A stretch of 64,000 bases of DNA from an uncultured delta proteobacterium (GCA_963809365.1 CAWEJR010000023.1:97390-161389), one strand, 5' to 3'; numbered from the stretch's first letter, positions 30,318-40,202 are shown. The notes: generated by a model from the sequence alone, not told the origin. Numbers and translations: made by a program.

Positions 30318-30472
30318 TCACCGCAGAGTGCGCGGAGAACGCAGAGATGACTATAGACTCGAACAAGACCACCGGAAACTTCAGTGTTTCAGCGCTGCGA
30401 CGCGGAATACGTCGTCTTGTAAACAAGTTAAAGGAGAATTTGCCTCCGCGTTCTCTGCGCTCTCAGCGGTGA
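30318..30472. repeat. family A inverted-repeat element, copy 2
   Basis: Arms TCACCGCAGAGTGCGCGGAGAACGCAGAG (30318-30346) and CTCCGCGTTCTCTGCGCTCTCAGCGGTGA (30444-30472) flank about 100 bp. Confidence 0.65.
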
Positions 30473-30509
30473 ACGTTTTCTTTATTATTTATCAGCAAGA
30501 AGGCAGAGT

Positions 30510-31604
30510 GTGACCGACAAACAATTACCGTCTTATCTTCCAAAGAAGTTTCAGCGGATACACCTGGAGCTTACCAACAAGTGCAACTTCTCCTGCGTCT
30601 TTTGCCCGGACGGCCAGATGACCCGGAAGCGCGGAGTCATGGATGAAGCCCTGGCCCGATCTGCTCTGGATCAGATTTCTGAGCTTGCCTTGGCAGAGAA
30701 AGTGACCTTTCACGTAATGGGGGAGCCGTTGTTGCACCCCCGTTTTTTCCCCATTCTGGATCATGCTCACGCTCGCGGTCTAGCAGTCGGGCTCACCACC
30801 AACGGGGCACTCCTGAAACCTGAGACGATACAGGCACTGGCAGAGAGAGATCTGCACCAAATAGATATTTCCTTGCAGACCCCGGACAGAGAGAGCTTCC
30901 TCGCCACCCGTGGGACGCGTATGGACTTTGAAGATTACCGGGCACGAATACTCGATCTGTTGGCCGCGTGCGCTGCCAGACCTACGCTTCCCATCTTTAA
31001 GTTCCGTATCATGACCACGTCCTTTGCGAAGAAGATGCGAGATCAGCTTGGTATACCCAATTTTATGGGCAGCTCGGAAGTTCTAAGGAACACGATACAG
31101 GAATGGGCCGAAATAATTTATAAGCGGCTCGGCCTGGATGGCGACAGAGGGAACCTGTCCCAAAAGATAAAGAGAATCGGCATTCATGGATGGAACGTAA
31201 TCGAGGTCAGCCCAAATGTCTTCATAGAGACTTACGTGCTCACCGACTGGGGTAACGCCTTTGCCGAAAACGGTGTTATCGAGGCGGGACACGGCTATTG
31301 TTTCGGAATGCGCGACCATTTTGCCATTCTCTACTCAGGGGATGTTGTCCTATGCTGCGTAGACTTTGACGGACGCACCTCGATAGGTAACCTGAAGGAT
31401 TCATCGCTTCATGAAATTCTCCGCGGCCCTGAACTTGAACGTATAATGAAAGGGTTTCGGCTGGGACGTCTAGTCCACCCGCACTGTCGTCGATGCCTGG
31501 GAAGCGGCAGCCGTTTTGGCTCATGGATCAAGCCCGCTGCGTCCATCCTCGGACTGAAGATTCTCAAGCCTTTCTTCTACCGCAAATACAAGTTGTTCGA
31601 TTGA
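30510..31604 (+). CDS. radical SAM / SPASM(twitch)-domain protein
   Basis: 364 aa. CNFSCVFCPDG radical-SAM cluster motif. C-terminal Cys-rich SPASM-like segment GYCFG...VVLCCVDFDGRTSIGNL...HPHCRRCLG. Confidence 0.85.
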   Translation: MTDKQLPSYLPKKFQRIHLELTNKCNFSCVFCPDGQMTRKRGVMDEALARSALDQISELALAEKVTFHVMGEPLLHPRFFPILDHAHARGLAVGLTTNGALLKPETIQALAERDLHQIDISLQTPDRESFLATRGTRMDFEDYRARILDLLAACAARPTLPIFKFRIMTTSFAKKMRDQLGIPNFMGSSEVLRNTIQEWAEIIYKRLGLDGDRGNLSQKIKRIGIHGWNVIEVSPNVFIETYVLTDWGNAFAENGVIEAGHGYCFGMRDHFAILYSGDVVLCCVDFDGRTSIGNLKDSSLHEILRGPELERIMKGFRLGRLVHPHCRRCLGSGSRFGSWIKPAASILGLKILKPFFYRKYKLFD

Positions 31605-31837
31605 GATGTTGAAATTATTGCGTGAATCTTCCGGCAGGTAAGCGGCTGCTCCTTGATTCTTGGGAAAGAAAGGTTTACCTATAAATAAGATCACATGCCG
31701 GAAGGACGGGGGCCCGAATAGTGACTTCCTCTGAACGAGAGGAAAAGCAAAGATATCGAATCTCCGACGGCAGATTAGTCAGAAACTGCCCGGCAATGGC
31801 TTCAAATGCTGTTTTCGGGCTACCAGGAGGCAAGAAG

Positions 31838-32131
31838 ATGGACAAAGATCCCACATGCCCGCATTGCGGCACCCAGATGGATCCTATCGAGACTCCGCTG
31901 GATTCATCCTGGGGTGGCGAGACACATTATGTCTGCTTTAATGACGAGTGTTGCTACTTCAAGAATAGCTGGGAAGCCCTTGATATGCAGGGAGTCACAA
32001 AGACAGGTTATCGTTGCCGCATAGACGCCCGAGGAGCGTGCGGTCCAATGGCAGTTTGGTCTTCCGACGCTCTGAAGGATCAGGTCTGCCGGAACATCGA
32101 GGAAAAGGATTCTGGAAAAGGCGCTGATTGA
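31838..32131 (+). CDS. Zn-ribbon protein (hypothetical)
   Basis: Trimmed to MDKDPTCPHCGTQM..., preceded by AGGAGG. Second Cys pair in VCFNDECCYF. Confidence 0.5.
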   Translation: MDKDPTCPHCGTQMDPIETPLDSSWGGETHYVCFNDECCYFKNSWEALDMQGVTKTGYRCRIDARGACGPMAVWSSDALKDQVCRNIEEKDSGKGAD

Positions 32132-32160
32132 CGAGATGCCACAACTGACATTTGGTGCGA

Positions 32161-32188
32161 GGGCGACTTACAGGTCGCCCGTTTTGTT
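32161..32188 (+). terminator. rho-independent terminator after the Zn-ribbon gene
   Basis: GGGCGAC-ttacag-GTCGCCC followed by GTTTTGTT. Confidence 0.6.
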
Positions 32189-32294
32189 GGTGGAGTAGTA
32201 GTGTAGCGATTCTCAAAAAAAGGATGACAAACATTGGCCGGTAAGGTACATATAACTCTCTTTTTAGCCATGTGTCATAGTGAAGGAGGAAAGG

Positions 32295-32567
32295 ATGCAG
32301 TGGATTAAACCAGCTAAGATATTTCTCTTGGTGGCCGCCCTTGCCATCGCGGCAGTGCCTTTTGCCGCGGAAGCGGGCTGATGTGGTTTTGTCCCCTCCT
32401 GGTCAGGGGGAGGCAGCAGTTATAGTGCGGGGGCAGCTTCTTATGGCGGCGCTGGGTACGGATATGGATATTACGGATATCCCGGCCAGTTCGACTACGG
32501 ACAAGCGCCGGCCCGGACTTACAAAGCCAAGAGCCGATCTTCCAAAGCAAAGCCAGCCAATCAGTAA
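32295..32567 (+). CDS. candidate secreted selenoprotein/peptide (in-frame TGA at 32379-32381); alternatively a +1-frameshifted small secreted protein
   Basis: AAGGAGG (32283-32289) lies 5 nt before the ATG. Product reads MQWIKPAKIFLLVAALAIAAVPFAAEA|G-TGA-CGFVPSWSGGGSSYSAGAASYGGAGYGYGYYGYPGQFDYGQAPARTYKAKSRSSKAKPANQ*. The 61 codons after the TGA have no ATG, GTG or TTG. Not in the supplied ORF track because each half is under 60 aa with a start. Confidence 0.4.
32391..32414 (+). promoter_or_regulatory. SECIS-like hairpin downstream of the in-frame UGA
   Basis: GUCCCCUCC-UGGUCA-GGGGGAGGC. Nine-position stem with 6 G-C pairs, 2 G-U wobbles and 1 C/A mismatch. The stem starts 10 nt after the UGA, and 18 nt separate the UGA from the apical loop, which contains GGUC. 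Confidence 0.35.
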
Positions 32568-32591
32568 GCGATAAGATTATTGAGCTACGCG

Positions 32592-32619
32592 GGAGGATCT
32601 CACCAGAATGAGGTCCTCC
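32592..32619 (+). terminator. hairpin after the small-peptide gene (terminator-like, weak U tract)
   Basis: GGAGGATCTCA-ccagaa-TGAGGTCCTCC, an 11-bp stem with one mismatch, 25 nt after the TAA. Confidence 0.35.
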
Positions 32620-32910
32620 TAATTGAAAATCCCAGCTCGGAATAGCACGGCAGGAAAATGAGAGGCCGGAAGCTATGTGTCCCACATCGGGGCACAAATA
32701 CTTCCGGCCTTGTGGTTAACGCGGTCGAATAGTCGACTTCCTACATTCCCGACCAGTCTTTCTTATTTCCGAAAGCAAGCCAAAGAACTGCTGTTGTTAC
32801 CGATACTACTAAAAGTATCTCCATCTGTGCCTCACCTCCACCGAACATTCTCACTACAGGAGGAGGCAACATCATGTCAATAGCATTTTTGTCTAGGACT
32901 GGCGGCCGTT

Positions 32911-34056
32911 TCAGAGGCGCCCTTCCAAAGAATGAGCGTACCCCGTCAATTCCGCATACCCACGCCCCTTAATTTTCTTTCCGTCCCGGAACCCCTGGGC
33001 AGTGACCGCGCCCTCCCAGTAGATAATCCCTGTTGACGATCCGGAGGTAAGCTCCTGGGCTTCAATTGCGGGTGTGACCTCCAGCCTGATGTTACGGCCG
33101 GGGATCTCCACGGTCCACCCGGACGGATAGACAGCCTTTGTCGTGGGACTTGTCCATGTTCCTTTGGGCTGGATCACGATCCGTTCTTCCTCCAGGTCAA
33201 CCGCAGGGCCTTCCTTGGGAACGAAGGTGCCGAAGGCTCGCTCAAACGTGTTATCCTTCTTTCGCAAATGGAACACCATGATTTCGGTTCCGTCATCGAG
33301 TTGAAGACTGAACCAGTCCCATCCGCTCTGGTCGTTCTGGAGAATGCTGGAGCCGAATTCATGGTCCATCCAGGCCAGCCCTGTGACAGTGTGGTTGATA
33401 CCCTTGAAGGTCAAGGTCCCTTCTGCCTTGAGTCTTGTGAAAGAGTAATAATAAGATGCTTGATCTTTTGAATCTCCCTTTCGGCTGAACCCCGCGTCAC
33501 CGTGCAAAACAACCGGCTTCAGCGGCAGGAGTCGAAGGTTGAGCGCGTAGTCTTGCTCTCTGGCTGTAATTTGTATCTCGTCTCCCTGCATCTTCGCGGT
33601 CCAGTCGCTGACGCCCACGTCGAGATCGCCCAGGGCCGCGTGAGCAAGTCCCGGACCCTTGCGTGTCAAAAGTTCGGTGTGGAAGAATTCACGGTTGGTA
33701 ATGTCGGTGATGGCAAAATGGGCTGGATATAGGTCCCTGACCGCCCAGGCGGACAGTTTACGCGTAGGTTCACGGACCAGGGTGCGGCGAAAAAAAGTCA
33801 ATTGGAATCCCCACCCGTGATCTTTGTCGGAATCAAGGTTCCCTGTGAAATACCACCACTCCGTCTGAAAATCAGGATGCTTTCCATGATCTTTGGGAAA
33901 GGTGAGGACTCGCCGCGGGCCTGTGTCGGCAATTGGAACTTCCGAGGCCAAGGGTGCGGACGGAAAAAAGGCCAGTGCGCACAGCCAAACTGCCAAGATT
34001 CGAGTCACTATCAACTCCTTGTCTAAAGAGTGAACGTACGGAATTATGGCAGACAT
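32911..34056 (-). CDS. AttH/CrtC-like (lipocalin-like, carotenoid 1,2-hydratase family) secreted protein
   Basis: WWYFTGNL...GFQLTFFR and AWMDHEFGSS blocks. N-terminal signal-like ILAVWLCALAFFPSAPLASE. Start trimmed to the second Met. Confidence 0.7.
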   Translation of the reverse strand: MSAIIPYVHSLDKELIVTRILAVWLCALAFFPSAPLASEVPIADTGPRRVLTFPKDHGKHPDFQTEWWYFTGNLDSDKDHGWGFQLTFFRRTLVREPTRKLSAWAVRDLYPAHFAITDITNREFFHTELLTRKGPGLAHAALGDLDVGVSDWTAKMQGDEIQITAREQDYALNLRLLPLKPVVLHGDAGFSRKGDSKDQASYYYSFTRLKAEGTLTFKGINHTVTGLAWMDHEFGSSILQNDQSGWDWFSLQLDDGTEIMVFHLRKKDNTFERAFGTFVPKEGPAVDLEEERIVIQPKGTWTSPTTKAVYPSGWTVEIPGRNIRLEVTPAIEAQELTSGSSTGIIYWEGAVTAQGFRDGKKIKGRGYAELTGYAHSLEGRL

Positions 34057-34184
34057 CCGCGGTTGAGGTGAAGCTCTTTGAGCATGACGGAACAAAAGCG
34101 ATCATCCTTGGAGTTAATATGGTATAGGAAGCAGCGGTCCACAGGGTAAACTCAGATACAAGATTACAGCGGAGCCATTTGAGC

Positions 34185-35480
34185 ATGACGACTCTCAAAT
34201 TCATCCACGCGGCGGACATCCACTTGGGCCGCCCCTTCTCTGGTTTGAGGCGGTCCAGTCCGGAGCTGGGAAACCTTTTCTTACAGGCAGGATACGATGC
34301 CTGGGACCGGATTGTCACTACCGCGATTGATCGGAGTGTCGATTTCTTGACTCTCGGTGGGGATGTGTTTGACGCCCCTAACCCGACGGTTCGCGCTCGG
34401 GTTGCGTTCAAGAATGGTGTGGAGCGTCTTTATGATGCGAGAATCCCGGTTTACCTGGCAGTGGGTAACCACGACCCGTTAAAGAGTTTTCCCGAATCGC
34501 TGCGAACTCTGCCGGGGCTGCATCTTTTCGGTCCAAATCCTGAAGGGATTCGGTTTGCAGGCCAAGAACAGACTGATGGTGTGATGATTTTCGGCGCGGG
34601 ATTTGAAAAGGCTGTAATCACCGATAACCTCGTCCGGAAGTTCCGCCGGGATCCGGGAGTGGACCTAGCCATAGGCGTTGTGCACACGAATGTTGCCGGA
34701 ACATCGGGACATGAGAATTACTCACCGTGTACGCTGGATGATCTGAGGACTGCGGGGATGGATATCTGGTGTTTAGGTCACGTTCATTCATCTGAGATCC
34801 TGTCGCAGGACCCTCTGATTCTGTATCCGGGGACAAGTCAGGGGGCCCATATTAACGAAAGTGGACCTCGAGGCTGTCATCTGATTGTTGCACAGGCCGG
34901 CAGCGCTGCCGTGGCGGAATTCATACCACTGGCGCCCGTCTGTTGGCTCAGAGTGGATGTGGATGTGACGGAGTGTCACAGTGCCGAGGATCTCGTGGAC
35001 GAGGCCGTGGCCCTGTGTTCTCATACTTCTCTCGATGCAGACGTCATCCAGGCCGTCGTGGTACGCCTAAACCTCACGGGACAGGGTGGTTCGCAAGGTC
35101 TTGGAACGATAGCAAGAGATCCGGAGTTTTTCGAGGTCCTGTGCGAACGGCTGGCAACGCTGTCTTTGCCTGTGTTCCCCGAATCTGTGCGCGATTCGAC
35201 CCGATCATCTACGAGTCTGAACTCGTTGAAGGATGAAGAGGGTTTTCTGGGGGACTTTCTCGAACTGTGCCGAAGATCGGTCGAGGAGCCCGCCATGCGT
35301 GACCATCTCCTGGGAGGGGTGCAGGCTGAGCTTTTGAAAAAGCTGCATAGGCGCTATATACCCGCGGAACTTGACCTCGAAGGACTAAAGAATGACTCAA
35401 AAGCAGTTGCAACTCTGCTAAATGAGGCCGGTGACCTGGTAGCTCGAATGTTCTTGGAATCTCGGGACATAGGCTCTTGA
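34185..35480 (+). CDS. SbcD/Mre11-type metallophosphoesterase nuclease (YhaO-like)
   Basis: Calcineurin-like motifs IHAADIHLG, GGDVFD, GNHD, GHVH. Confidence 0.8.
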   Translation: MTTLKFIHAADIHLGRPFSGLRRSSPELGNLFLQAGYDAWDRIVTTAIDRSVDFLTLGGDVFDAPNPTVRARVAFKNGVERLYDARIPVYLAVGNHDPLKSFPESLRTLPGLHLFGPNPEGIRFAGQEQTDGVMIFGAGFEKAVITDNLVRKFRRDPGVDLAIGVVHTNVAGTSGHENYSPCTLDDLRTAGMDIWCLGHVHSSEILSQDPLILYPGTSQGAHINESGPRGCHLIVAQAGSAAVAEFIPLAPVCWLRVDVDVTECHSAEDLVDEAVALCSHTSLDADVIQAVVVRLNLTGQGGSQGLGTIARDPEFFEVLCERLATLSLPVFPESVRDSTRSSTSLNSLKDEEGFLGDFLELCRRSVEEPAMRDHLLGGVQAELLKKLHRRYIPAELDLEGLKNDSKAVATLLNEAGDLVARMFLESRDIGS

Positions 35481-35492
35481 GATGCGTTTAGA

Positions 35493-35617
35493 AGTAACCG
35501 CTCACCGGTCAGTTGGTGACCGGCACGGAGGCCGGTCCTACAGGGCTTATGGTAGGGCCGGCGTCCCTGCCGGCCACGTTTCAGGCCTGGTAAACCGCTT
35601 TCCTGGTGATCGGTTAC
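35493..35617. repeat. family C structured element, copy 2
   Basis: About 85-90% identical by eye to 28521-28645. Sits between the nuclease and ATPase genes. Confidence 0.75.
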
Positions 35618-35682
35618 AGTGAGCGTGCACGGGATTGCGCCCAAAGAAAATCTTGAAAAGGGGGTCATAAGGACAGGCGGAA

Positions 35683-38600
35683 ATGTGGGTCGAGGAAATA
35701 TCTATTGAAAGCTTCGGTGCCTGCAAGCACGTAATGATTAGTGATCTTGGCCCAGGGCTGACGGTGATCGTCGGTCCCAATGAAGCAGGAAAGAGCACGA
35801 TCTTGGAATTTATGCGTTGCATTTTCTTCGGCTTCAGACGAAAAAGCGGGAGGACAAACATCTATGAGACCCCGGAAGGGACCCCACGAAAGGGATGGAT
35901 GACGGTTCATACAGGACAAAGCGGAAGACTCCGCATCCAACGGACTGAAAAGGTGGGTCGCAAAGACGGGATTCTGACGATTTCGGATGAAAGGGGGAAC
36001 TACCTCGACACGGCGGCTTTGCCCTTGTTTCGTGCAGGACTCGAGAGAGCTGCGTACGAGACGCTATTTGCCTTCGATCTTGACCGGTTGCGACAATTGG
36101 ACCAAGAAGCCCTTCGAGGCAAGATCGTCTCTGCGGCACTGGGTTCAGTGGCTGTGAATCCTCTCGACATCCTCAAAAGGTTGAACGAGCGTGTCAAACA
36201 ACTGATGAAACAATCCATGAAGGAGGATGAATCGCTGTGGGCAATTCAGTCACGCATGAGCGCACTGGACAAACAACTCAAGGAACTCGCCCAAGAACCT
36301 GTGAAGCATTCTGAACTCAAGGCGCGCCTGGTGATGGTCGATCAAAGGCGCGGACAAATATCGGCTGAAATTGAGAACAAAGAGGTTTGGCTGCAAAATC
36401 TGGCGAATATCAACCGCTATGAAGATCAATGGAAAAAGCTGGTCTCGCTGGATCACGAATCACTGAGGTTTCAAGACGCTCGTGACTTCCCGACGGATGG
36501 AATCCCCCGTTTGGAACAGGCCCTGGACAGAAGGCGTGAAGCCTCGCAAGAGGCATCGGAATTGGAAGAGCGCCTGAGCCTTCTCAGGGATCAAGTAGGA
36601 AGCCTCAATCCGGATATGGTGCTCCTGGAGAATGCGGACTCCCTTGACTCGCTGATTCGGGATGCCCGGAGCATGGCTCGACGACCCAACGAATTACAAC
36701 AATTGGAAGCTGCGCTAGCCCAGTCCAATCGCAACCTTGACGAAGAAATTGCCTCTCTTGGCAACGGCTGGAATCGGGAGCGGGTGATCCGATCAGACCC
36801 CTCACTGGTTCTCGACGAGGAAATCCGGACATTTATGGATTCATGGCGAAGCTGCGGCGTGAAGATAGCGGCCCTGGAGACGCGGCGGGCCGAGTCCACG
36901 GACAGGGTGAAACTCCAGGAAGAGAAGATGGAGCGTAGGGCCGAGGAATTGGCCCAGGTTATGCCCGACTGTGAGGGTTATCTTGAGCCAAACGTTCGTA
37001 ACAGGCTCCAGGAATGGAAGGGGATTCACAGCGAAATTTCCGGCCTGGACGCGCGCCTTTCCGACAAGGGCGGAAGGGTCCGGCTTCTCATTGCGGAACG
37101 CGAAGAGGTGGATGCGAATCTGAAGAGACTGGCAGACGAACCCGCATCCGCGATCTCTCCGTTTTCTTTTTGGGCTCTCATGGCGCTGCTCAATGTTGCC
37201 GGAATCAGCATGCTGGTCTCCGCGTGGCTCAGTTCAACTCCTGTCTTCCACATTCTGCTTCTAACGGGCTCGTGCACGATTCTGTCCAGCGCCTTTGTTG
37301 TCCGCTGGAAGGTCCTTGAGGAACGCCGGCGCCGTGTCCGAATCCATAGTGAGGAGGAGGCCCTCGAAGCAAAGAAGAGAAATGTCACGAGCGAGATAGT
37401 CGAGACGGAAAAAGAACGACGCGCTCTTCTGCAACAAATCCATGACCTGAGGCAGAATCTTCGGGGAATTGCACGCGATGTCTTGGGCGATCCGGATGCG
37501 GGTGTGAATGAGGTTTTAGAAGCCGAAAGAGGCTCTCTGGCCGCTGAGGAACCGTTTCGCCGACGCCGCCTTCTTGAGGAAGAGCTGAAGTCTGACAGGG
37601 CGGATCTGGAGTTCGAAAGAAGCCGGAATGCCGAAACGATAAGGCTCCTGACGGAAGCGGAGAGTGAGTTCGAAACCCTGAAGCGAAAATGGGACGATTT
37701 CGCCGCGGATCAATGGTTTGGATACCGGCTTAAAGCCTGAAACCGCACTGGAATTGGTTCGCCACCTCCGTGACGTGAAGAGCAAACTACGAAAGATCTC
37801 CGAACAACAAGATGCCTTGGAGACCATGAAGGGGGATTGGGAGGAGTTTTCTCATCGGGTGAGTGGGTTGGCTCAGGAAATGGGCCGTCCTCTTTCCCTG
37901 GGTGTCTCACCCGTGGATCAGGTGGAGCTATGGGGTCGTGCCGAACGAGAAGCTTCTGACTCTCTCTCCGAAAAGAAGGTGATTCTGGAGAGGGTTAAGG
38001 AACATGAGATCCACTTACGGGTCTTGAGAAGGAGGATGGAAGACGCTGACAACCAGATAGGCGCGCTCATGGAAGCGGCTGCGACTGAAGATGAAGAGTC
38101 GTTCCGTGACGTCTCGCAACGGCACGCAAGATACAAGACCGTCGAACAGGAACGCCGCGTTCTCATTGAAAATCTCTTGGCCGGGCTGCGAAAGGAAGAC
38201 GAGGACATTTTGCGCGAGGAGATGAAGGCTCGCGATTGGGATGAGAGTCGACGCATGGCTGGATCCCTTGAGGAAGACCTACAGCGTCTGAGAGAAGAGT
38301 CCGAGGGGTTGGCCCGGGAGGCCGGCATGCTCACCAAGGAGATCGAGACCTTGGAGGCCCAAGATGAAACGGATCGTGTGCTCGCTGAGAAAGAAGAATT
38401 GCTGGCGCGGTTCGGCGACGGCCTCAAGGAATGGATTGTTTTCAAGCTCTCATCCGATTTGCTGGAGCAGACCATAAGAATGTACGAGTCGGAAAAGCAG
38501 CCCAAGCTTCTTGCACGGAGTTCTGAAATCTTCAGCGCAGTAACCGGTAATTCCTACAAAAAGGTCCTCTTTCCACTGGATGGGGATCGCGTCAAAGTGG

Positions 38601-38926
38601 AACGCGCGGACGGCGCCAGGATCGAAGAGGAGCTGTTAAGTCGAGGGACACAGGAACAGCTATACCTTTCCATGAGGCTGGCTCATCTGGACGTATACCA
38701 TCGAGAGAAATTCAATATTCCCATGATGATGGATGACGTGCTGGTGAACTTTGACCACGCTAGGGCCCGTCGAACTGCCGATGCCCTGGTAAAATTTGCG
38801 AAGGAGACAGGCTTACAAATCTTGTTCTTTACCTGTCATCCACACACGGCCGACCTTTTTCCCGACAGTGTTACCCGATTCCAATTGGGACCGACCCTGG
38901 CGGGAGAGGGCGGCTTTAACCATTGA
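35683..38926 (+). CDS. SbcC/Rad50-like AAA ATPase (YhaN-like) with central transmembrane hairpin; +1 frameshift near 37705 in this assembly
   Basis: Walker A GPNEAGKST. Long coiled coils. Two hydrophobic helices (about 37150-37310). ABC signature LSRGTQEQLYLSMRLA and Walker B PMMMDDVLVNFD lie in the second ORF (37718-38926). The junction reads ...WDDFAA / INGLDTGLKPETAL. Confidence 0.8.
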
Positions 38927-38981
38927 AAACTACGTCGCGGTTTTCCGAGAATCCACGGCTGTTCATAGACTTGAAGGAGTA

Positions 38982-40012
38982 ATGATGCTTTCCGTTAACC
39001 ATCTATACCTCATGAAACATCGCGTAAGGGAAACATGCTTCAATTGGAGCAAAACAGCCTTGGTCGTTGGAATTCTTGTTATCTTGCCGATCCTTGGTTC
39101 ATCCTTCGCGCTGGGCCAAGCCGTTTCCAACCGAGGACCCAGGGATCTTACAGGAGGCGTTCAGGGCTGTCGCCAGGACTGTAAAACCCGCGGTGGTCAG
39201 TGTCCTGGCGGTGAAGACGACTTCAGCCCGTCAGGCAGCGCCCTGATCTGGATCCCTTCTTCAAGAACCATCCGTTCAGGGAATTCTTTGGAGATGAGTT
39301 TTTCAGACAATTCTTCGGGACTCCGGGAGGAACACAGCGGTACCGCCAGCAGGGGCTCGGGTCTGGCTTCATAATTGACCCGAGAGGTTACATAGTTACG
39401 AACCGGCATGTAATAGTTGGCGCCGACGAGATCCAGGTGACTCTTGAAGGTAAGAAGAAGTTCAAGGCGACGGTGGTGGGCGCAGACCCGAAGACCGACG
39501 TGGCGATAATCAAGATTGACGGCCGAAATCTGCCTTCTGTAAAGCTCGGGGACTCGAAAACCCTTGAGGTGGGGGACTGGGTGCTCGCGGTCGGCAATCC
39601 GTTCGGGTTGATGCAAACGGTCACCGCGGGGATCGTAAGCGCCAAAGGGCGCTCCGACATGGGGATTCTCCCTTATGAGGACTTCATCCAGACCGACGCT
39701 GCAATCAATAAGGGGAACTCCGGAGGCCCGCTCGTGAACATAGAAGGAGAAGTAATCGGGTTGAACACAGCCATCGCATCTACGCAGGAGGGCTCCGAGG
39801 GCTTCTTAGGAATAGGCTTTGCGATTCCGGTGAACGTCATCAAGAAAGTCGTCGACGCTGCCTTATCGAAGAGGCTTGCGGGCCCAGGCGGAAATAGCAG
39901 CGCCCCGCAAAGGTCGGTTGTGCCGCGCAAGGCGCCTGCGCCGTCTCGCCAAGGCCAACCACCTCAGGATCGCTCTCTCCCTTGCGGTCGAACCAGGGCG
40001 GGGAGTATCTGA
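38982..40012 (+). pseudogene. HtrA/DegP-family serine protease, frameshifted twice and lacking PDZ domains
   Basis: Signal peptide, then [22 protein letters not shown], catalytic TNRHV / DVAIIKI / GNSGGPL in three different frames. After [13 protein letters not shown] there is no PDZ-like sequence in any frame. Confidence 0.65.
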
Positions 40013-40202
40013 CGAGCACGGCTCAGACTCCTTCTCGCCGGTAAAGATACTTTCCATGCATTTTGGCAACAAATGGGGAGGTGTCCCCCTCTTTTGGCGC
40101 AGTTGAGGCGCAAACTTTACCCTTGACGGCAGGTTTCACTTTTATATAGACTCATGATGGTGTATTATGGGATTACTCTTCAGTCCAATATCGGAGGATT
40201 AA

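Noticed and set aside
32314-32697. 127-aa minus-strand ORF overlapping the candidate selenopeptide gene.
   Set aside because: It has no SD and an implausible composition. It is open only because the G/Y-rich coding repeat lacks stop-forming triplets on the opposite strand.
39863-40106. ORFs 39863-40072 (-) and 39876-40106 (+) just after the truncated htrA.
   Set aside because: They are Arg/Ala/Pro-rich low-complexity translations with no start context. They are probably non-coding remnant DNA.
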